Below, one piece after another: positions 27,455 through 32,000 of a DNA stretch of 32,000 nt. Position 1 is the stretch's first letter. Every line of letters begins with the position of its first letter. Both the position numbers and the translations under genes were made by a program. Source of the stretch: Candidatus Nitrospira inopinata (GTDB lineage Bacteria; Nitrospirota; Nitrospiria; Nitrospirales; Nitrospiraceae); assembly GCF_001458695.1 (NCBI RefSeq), contig NZ_LN885086.1:2460001-2492000 (forward strand). Reading direction: 5' to 3'. The notes under the pieces were generated by a model. The model saw only the letters and a program-made list of their open reading frames with translations, was not told where the DNA came from and made no database searches.

Positions 27455-27493
27455 AATCCTCAAGGTCTTGTAGAAAGGCCTTGAGGATTTTTT
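27455..27493 (+). terminator. Intrinsic terminator, expression platform of riboswitch 1
   Basis: 13-bp stem AATCCTCAAGGTC/GGCCTTGAGGATT (one G-U pair), 9-nt loop, followed by a T-run (GGATTTTTTGTG). Confidence 0.85.
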
Positions 27494-27624
27494 GTGTCGG
27501 CACGTCGTGGCGGAGGCCGAATCCTTCGTGGTTTCGGTTTTGGCGAACGATAGGCCTGTCGGTTGTCCTCGCGGTGAGTCTGGAGGAGACAGGCCTTGCC
27601 AACACCCAGGGAGAGTTGTCAGGC

Positions 27625-28539
27625 ATGAAGCGACGGCCGCAAGGAATTTTAACCGGTATGCCGTTCATGACGCATGTCTCGTCACGGTCTTTCGTTGACG
27701 ATGCGGGCAGGAAGTTTCACCTTGCCTCTTCTCCCCGTCGGCTTGTTTCGTTGGCTCCCAGTATCACGGAAATGTTGTTTGCGATCGGAGCCGGAGACCT
27801 GGTGGTTGGGGTGACGCCGTTCTGCGACTTTCCGCCCGAGGCGGCGCGTAAGCCCAAGGTCGGCTACGGGAGCCCCAATGTGGAATCGCTCGTCGCCTTG
27901 CAACCGGATTTGGTCCTGGCTCCGCAGGAATTTGTGAAACCTGATCTCGTTGCCACGCTCGATCATCTGCGCATTCCCATTTTCTTCCTGGCCGGTCGGA
28001 CCGTGGACGGCGTGCTCACGCAGATTCAGACGCTCGGGCGGATGGTCAATCGGGAGGCCGAGGCAGCCGCGCTGGTGATGGAACTGCGCCAGCGGATCAC
28101 CGCCGTCAAGCAGCGGGTGCAGGGACAGCCGCCGGTGCGAGTGCTCTATGTTTTGAACAGCGAACCCCTGATCACCGTGGGACCGGGGAGTTTCATCGAT
28201 CAACTGATCGGCTTGGCCGGGGGGCTCAATGCGGCGGCCAAGAGCATCATGCCCTATCCACGACTCAGTATTGAAACGGTATTACTTGAAGACCCAGAGG
28301 TGCTGCTCTTTCCCGTTGGACCACATGCGGAAATTCCAGATGACCAACGGCGGGCCTGGCAGCGGTGGACCGGCTTGTCCGCCATCAAGCACCAGCGGCT
28401 ACACCCCATATCCGGTGACCTGCTGAATCGGCCCGGTCCCCGAATCGTGGAGGGCCTTGAACGACTGGCGGAGATTCTCCATCCGCCTGCCTCGGCTCCT
28501 TCTGAACCTCCTGAACCTCGTTCAAGCGGAGGATCGTAA
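27625..28539 (+). CDS. btuF: ABC transporter periplasmic substrate-binding protein, BtuF/cobalamin-binding type
   Basis: RLVSLAPSITEMLFAIGAGDLVVGVT..CDFP....KPKVG......N.E.L.AL.PDLV, typical of the BtuF/FhuD fold. B12 riboswitch upstream. Start set at ATG 27625 because the ORF-track start (27367) lies inside the aptamer and upstream of the terminator. The N-terminal signal is atypical. Confidence 0.75.
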   Translation: MKRRPQGILTGMPFMTHVSSRSFVDDAGRKFHLASSPRRLVSLAPSITEMLFAIGAGDLVVGVTPFCDFPPEAARKPKVGYGSPNVESLVALQPDLVLAPQEFVKPDLVATLDHLRIPIFFLAGRTVDGVLTQIQTLGRMVNREAEAAALVMELRQRITAVKQRVQGQPPVRVLYVLNSEPLITVGPGSFIDQLIGLAGGLNAAAKSIMPYPRLSIETVLLEDPEVLLFPVGPHAEIPDDQRRAWQRWTGLSAIKHQRLHPISGDLLNRPGPRIVEGLERLAEILHPPASAPSEPPEPRSSGGS

Positions 28540-28542
28540 GGG

Positions 28543-29718
28543 ATGCCAAGGGTATCGGAGATATCGGAGATATCGGATAGCCAGGCGGCCTCGGTGTCTT
28601 CCGTGACGGTTCAATCGCAGAAGGCACAAGCCTCCGTCTCGCCAAGGGGCTTGGCGGAGTTCGAGTGGCTCACAGCCGGCGCCGTGGTGACCGTCCGCCG
28701 CCGCCGGCTGGTGTTGGCCGGAATGGTGGTGGTCGCCGCCCTTGTCATCATCGCCTGCACCGGATGGGGAGCGACTGACCTTGGCGGCGGCGAGGTGCTA
28801 CGGGCTTGGTGGAGGCTGGTGACGGCCGGCCGTCTCGATGAGACCGGAGGTCCGGTGGGAGTCATTCTGTTCCAGGTCCGGTTGCCGCGGGTTCTGATGG
28901 GCTTTCTGATCGGCTGTGCCTTGGCGGCGGCCGGAACCACCTTGCAAGCGTTGCTGCGCAATCCACTGGCCGATCCCTATGTGCTCGGAGTTTCCAGTGG
29001 AGCGGCGTTGGGCATCACGCTGGCGACCTTGCTGGCCAGCACGTCCATCTTGACGCAAGCACCGGTGGTGCCGGTATGGGGATTCGCGGGAGGACTCATC
29101 GCATTGGTGGTGATCTACCGGATGGCCCAATGTCACGGCCGATTGCCGATTCATGGTCTGTTGCTCGCCGGGGTGGTGCTCAATGCCGTGCTCACAGCCC
29201 TCATGATGTTTATCACGTCGATCATGGAGCCGGTCCGTTCCGCCGGTCTGATCGCTTGGCTGATGGGATCGGTCACCGTTCGGGAATGGGGTGAGTTGCT
29301 CGGAATCGCCGCTTATGTCTTGATCGGCACGGTGTGGTTGTGGTCTTACGCGCCGGTCTTGAACCTGCTCACGCAGGGGGAGGAGACGGCGAGGTCGTTG
29401 GGCATCGACGTTGAACGGACGAAGAAACGTCTGTACGTCGTGACAGCCTTGCTGGTCGGCGCGGTCGTCTCCGTGAGCGGCATGATCGGGTTCGTGGGGA
29501 TGGTCGTGCCCCATGTGGTTCGCATGGCGATCGGGGCGGACCATCGACTGGTGCTGCCGGCTGCGGCCCTTGTGGGCGGCATGTTCTTGATCGTCTCCGA
29601 CATGGTCGCCCGCACGGTCCTTGCTCCATCAGAGATTCCCGTCGGGGTGGTGACCGCGCTCGTCGGAGGCCCGATCTTCCTCTATTTTCTCCTGGCGCAA
29701 AAAAGCCGGATGGTCTGA
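28543..29718 (+). CDS. btuC: FecCD-family ABC transporter permease (BtuC-like)
   Basis: Multi-pass hydrophobic protein with LPRVLMGFLIGCALAAAGTTLQALLRNPLADPYVLGVSSGA and GMIGFVGMVVPH motifs. The true start may be downstream (for example GTG 28684). Confidence 0.88.
   Translation: MPRVSEISEISDSQAASVSSVTVQSQKAQASVSPRGLAEFEWLTAGAVVTVRRRRLVLAGMVVVAALVIIACTGWGATDLGGGEVLRAWWRLVTAGRLDETGGPVGVILFQVRLPRVLMGFLIGCALAAAGTTLQALLRNPLADPYVLGVSSGAALGITLATLLASTSILTQAPVVPVWGFAGGLIALVVIYRMAQCHGRLPIHGLLLAGVVLNAVLTALMMFITSIMEPVRSAGLIAWLMGSVTVREWGELLGIAAYVLIGTVWLWSYAPVLNLLTQGEETARSLGIDVERTKKRLYVVTALLVGAVVSVSGMIGFVGMVVPHVVRMAIGADHRLVLPAAALVGGMFLIVSDMVARTVLAPSEIPVGVVTALVGGPIFLYFLLAQKSRMV
28553..28579 (+). repeat. 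9-nt tandem repeat, 3 copies
   Basis: TATCGGAGA, TATCGGAGA, TATCGGATA. Encodes SEISEISDS if ATG 28543 is the true btuC start. Confidence 0.95.
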
Positions 29719-29734
29719 TGGTCGAGGGACAACG

Positions 29735-30631
29735 ATGCGGATGCCGGTTGCCAACGAGTGTGGGCGGGCGCAGGTGATGGAGGGCGCGGCGGTTGCCGTT
29801 GAGCGCGTCTCGTTCCGGTACGACCATGTTCCTCCTGACCGGCGCTGGACGGTGGAAGATGTTTCGTTCAGCATCGGGTTCGGCGAGGTCCTTGGCATTG
29901 TCGGCCCCAATGGATCAGGCAAGTCGTCGTTGCTCAAATTGATGGCCGGTCTGTTACGCCCCGCTTCCGGCGCCGTGTTCGTGGAAGGACGGGCGGTCGC
30001 TACACTGACCCCTTCCGACGTGGCCGGGATTCTTGCGGTCGTGCCGCAGGAACAGCCTCCGCTCTTTCCGTTCTCGGTCGCGGAGACCGTGTTGATGGGG
30101 CGATTCCCCCATCGGAAGAGGGGATGGTGGAACATGGGAGTGGGGGCGGAGACAGAAGCGGATCTTGTCGCCGTCCATCAGGCCATGGTGGAGACCGACG
30201 TGCTGGCATTGGCTGATCGGCTGCTCTCTGACCTTTCCGGCGGAGAGCGGCAGCGAGTCTTGATCGCCAGGGCCTTGGCCCAGGAACCGGACATTCTGTT
30301 GCTTGATGAACCGACCGCCTTTCTTGACCTGAGCCATCAAATCGACATGTGTTCGCTGGTACAGCGGCTGGCCAGGGAACGGCATCTTACGGTGGGGCTG
30401 GTCACGCATGACCTCAATGTGGCAAGCCTGCTTTGCGACCGGGTTGTGATGATGAGAGAGGGGACCGTTCGGGCGATCGGAACGCCGGCGGAGATCCTTC
30501 GGCAGGACATCCTGCACGATGTCTATGGGTGCGACGTGATGATCGATCGGCATCCGCAGACAGGGAGGCCGCGCGTCACCCTGCCGATACAGGCTCCACA
30601 AGATGAGCATCGCATAAGAGCCGGCACATGA
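29735..30631 (+). CDS. btuD: ABC transporter ATP-binding protein (BtuD/FepC-like)
   Basis: Walker A GPNGSGKSS, signature LSGGERQR, Walker B ILLLDEP, H-loop THD. Alternative start ATG 29777. Confidence 0.9.
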   Translation: MRMPVANECGRAQVMEGAAVAVERVSFRYDHVPPDRRWTVEDVSFSIGFGEVLGIVGPNGSGKSSLLKLMAGLLRPASGAVFVEGRAVATLTPSDVAGILAVVPQEQPPLFPFSVAETVLMGRFPHRKRGWWNMGVGAETEADLVAVHQAMVETDVLALADRLLSDLSGGERQRVLIARALAQEPDILLLDEPTAFLDLSHQIDMCSLVQRLARERHLTVGLVTHDLNVASLLCDRVVMMREGTVRAIGTPAEILRQDILHDVYGCDVMIDRHPQTGRPRVTLPIQAPQDEHRIRAGT

Positions 30632-31398
30632 AAGTGGGAACGATCGCGCTCCTGCACCTCGACATCGTTCCCGGCGCCGTCGCTCGTAATCAGGCGATGG
30701 TGGCGGAGGCCGTGACCAGGGCGGCTTCATCCGGCGCCAGGTGGATCGTGACGCCCGAACTGGTGTCATGCGGCCTTCAGTTTCCTCAGCTCCTGGGCAC
30801 TGACTGGATCAGGCCACAGCCGGACGTTTGGATGACACGGTTTTGCCGACTGGTTCGGAAATTGGGCGTCACGGTCTTTTTCGCTGCTCCGGAACGGGAG
30901 GGGAACCGGCTCTATAATTCAGTGTTTGTGATCGGTCCCCGCGGTGACATCCTGGGCAAACATCAAAAGATCAATACCAAGAGCGATTCGCTGTCCTGGT
31001 CCAGCCCGGGGGACAGGGCACAACCGGTTCGATGTGATGGCATCACCGTCGGACTCTTGGTGTGCGCCGATGCTTTTACACCTGGTATCGCCGGGTCGTT
31101 GAAACGAAGCGGCGCGCAATTGCTCATCTCGCCCTCGTCGTGGGGACCGGGGCTTCATGGACCCAATGGCGAATGGGAGGATCGTTCAAGAGAAACCGGA
31201 GTGCCGCTGATCGTCTGTAACCGAACCGGGACGGACCGCACACTGGATTTTCGGAAAGCCCAGAGTCTGGTGGTGAAAAACGGAGAACGACTGCTGACCC
31301 ATTCATCGGAACGATCGGCCGTTCTGACGCTCGATTGGGATTTCAGCGCCATGGCTCCGATGACAGCCGCTTTTCAGATGATGCCGTTGTCCAACTGA
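30628..31398 (+). CDS. Carbon-nitrogen hydrolase (nitrilase superfamily), substrate unknown
   Basis: Candidate Glu-Lys-Cys triad: IVTPEL (about E44), GKHQKIN (about K114), GLLVCADA (about C146). No signal peptide. The ATG overlaps the btuD stop (ATGA). Confidence 0.8.
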   Translation: MKVGTIALLHLDIVPGAVARNQAMVAEAVTRAASSGARWIVTPELVSCGLQFPQLLGTDWIRPQPDVWMTRFCRLVRKLGVTVFFAAPEREGNRLYNSVFVIGPRGDILGKHQKINTKSDSLSWSSPGDRAQPVRCDGITVGLLVCADAFTPGIAGSLKRSGAQLLISPSSWGPGLHGPNGEWEDRSRETGVPLIVCNRTGTDRTLDFRKAQSLVVKNGERLLTHSSERSAVLTLDWDFSAMAPMTAAFQMMPLSN

Positions 31399-31499
31399 GG
31401 TGAAGCCGAAGGCCGGTGGGAAGGGTTCCATCCCCTCTTCCCGTCGGATCGTTGCAAAGGGATGTCGTCTCGTTTTCGGAAAGGGGAGTCGAACTGATC

Positions 31500-31650
31500 A
31501 TCCGTCAGCGCCGGGGAAGATGGTGCAAAGCCATCACGGTGCCGCCACTGTAAGCGGGGAGCGACGCTGCACGATGCCACTGTGCGGGTTCACGCATGGG
31601 AAGGCGCAGGGGAGCGACGAGCCGCGAGTCAGGAGACCCGTCTGACGGAC
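31500..31650 (+). ncRNA. Cobalamin (B12) riboswitch aptamer, second copy
   Basis: P1 CCGTCAG (31502-31508) pairs with CTGACGG (31642-31648). GGGGAAGATGGTGCAAAGCCATC, GCCGCCACTGTAA, B12 box GCCACTG (31576-31582), GGGAAGGC (31598-31605), CAGGAGACC. Boundaries are approximate. Confidence 0.88.
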
Positions 31651-31685
31651 CAACTCAACCCTCTTCGAGCCAAAGGGAGGTTGCC

Positions 31686-32000
31686 ATGATTCGTGTCCGT
31701 CCGTGCGTGTGGCGCGGTGTTCTCAGTGCATTGTTTGTCACGTCCGTCTCTGTTTCTTCGGCCCATGCTCAGGATCTGGCGATGGCGAGTCGGTCGGAGC
31801 CTCTGGAAGCTCCCGCTGTCGTCGTGAGCGCGACGAAAACGGAAGTTCCGGCCAGGCAAGTCACCAGCGCCGTCGAGGTGATCAGCGGCGAGGAATTGGA
31901 ACAAAAGGGCATCAAAACCGTCATCGACGGATTGCGCCTGGCGCAGGGCGTCTTCGCCACGTCGAGCGGCGGCCCCGGCACCGAGGCCACGGTCAAAATG
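31686..32000 (+). CDS. btuB: TonB-dependent receptor, N-terminal part (BtuB-like), truncated by the window end
   Basis: My own translation: MIRVRPCVWRGVLSALFVTSVSVSSAHAQDL...APAVVVSATKTEVPARQVTSAVEVISGEELEQKGIKTVIDGLRLAQGV. It has a signal peptide, a TonB-box-like VVVSATK and a plug-domain start. AGGGAGG RBS. Absent from the ORF track because there is no stop in the window. Riboswitch upstream. Confidence 0.8.
   Translation, partial: MIRVRPCVWRGVLSALFVTSVSVSSAHAQDLAMASRSEPLEAPAVVVSATKTEVPARQVTSAVEVISGEELEQKGIKTVIDGLRLAQGVFATSSGGPGTEATVKM

Noticed and set aside
27367-27624. N-terminal 86 codons of the ORF-track version of the binding-protein gene, including an MKRRGQSS start at 27439
   Set aside because: The region is occupied by the B12 aptamer 3' half and an intrinsic terminator, so coding through a riboswitch terminator is unlikely. 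It is kept as an open question in the findings.
28798-30769. 248-aa and 271-aa minus-strand ORFs opposite the permease and ATPase genes
   Set aside because: Antisense shadows with His/Arg/Pro/Gly-rich low complexity. The plus-strand genes have unambiguous ABC motifs.

Overview
Visibly GC-rich bacterial chromosomal segment, probably from a diderm (lipoprotein signal peptides, a TonB-dependent receptor). I cannot assign a taxon from sequence alone. Order of content: (1) the distal end of a CRISPR array at the left edge (36-nt repeats, 1-281), with no cas genes in the window. (2) An SDR oxidoreductase and a PflX-like radical SAM gene. (3) A five-gene minus-strand cluster of unknown function (2213-5633) and a divergent exported protein gene. 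(4) A housekeeping block, cinA-thpR and recA-recX-alaS-ruvX-mltG-deoC-deoB(like)-ridA, split by an opposite-strand ankyrin-repeat gene. (5) An exported five-domain IPT/TIG protein translationally coupled to a Ycf48/BNR-like beta-propeller. (6) coaX, grpE, dnaK, dnaJ and rsmE on the minus strand. (7) tRNA-Gly(CCC) and rpmB. (8) Two cobalamin riboswitches. The first controls a btuFCD-like importer whose last gene is a coupled nitrilase-superfamily hydrolase. The second precedes a TonB-dependent receptor that runs off the right edge. No transposase, integrase, phage, rRNA or cas genes were seen. The best candidates for something undescribed are the riboswitch-controlled CN-hydrolase (possible corrinoid amidase), the 2.2-5.6 kb cluster, and the IPT/TIG(LPDGxCC)-propeller pair. 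All three are inferences from sequence context and none is demonstrated.
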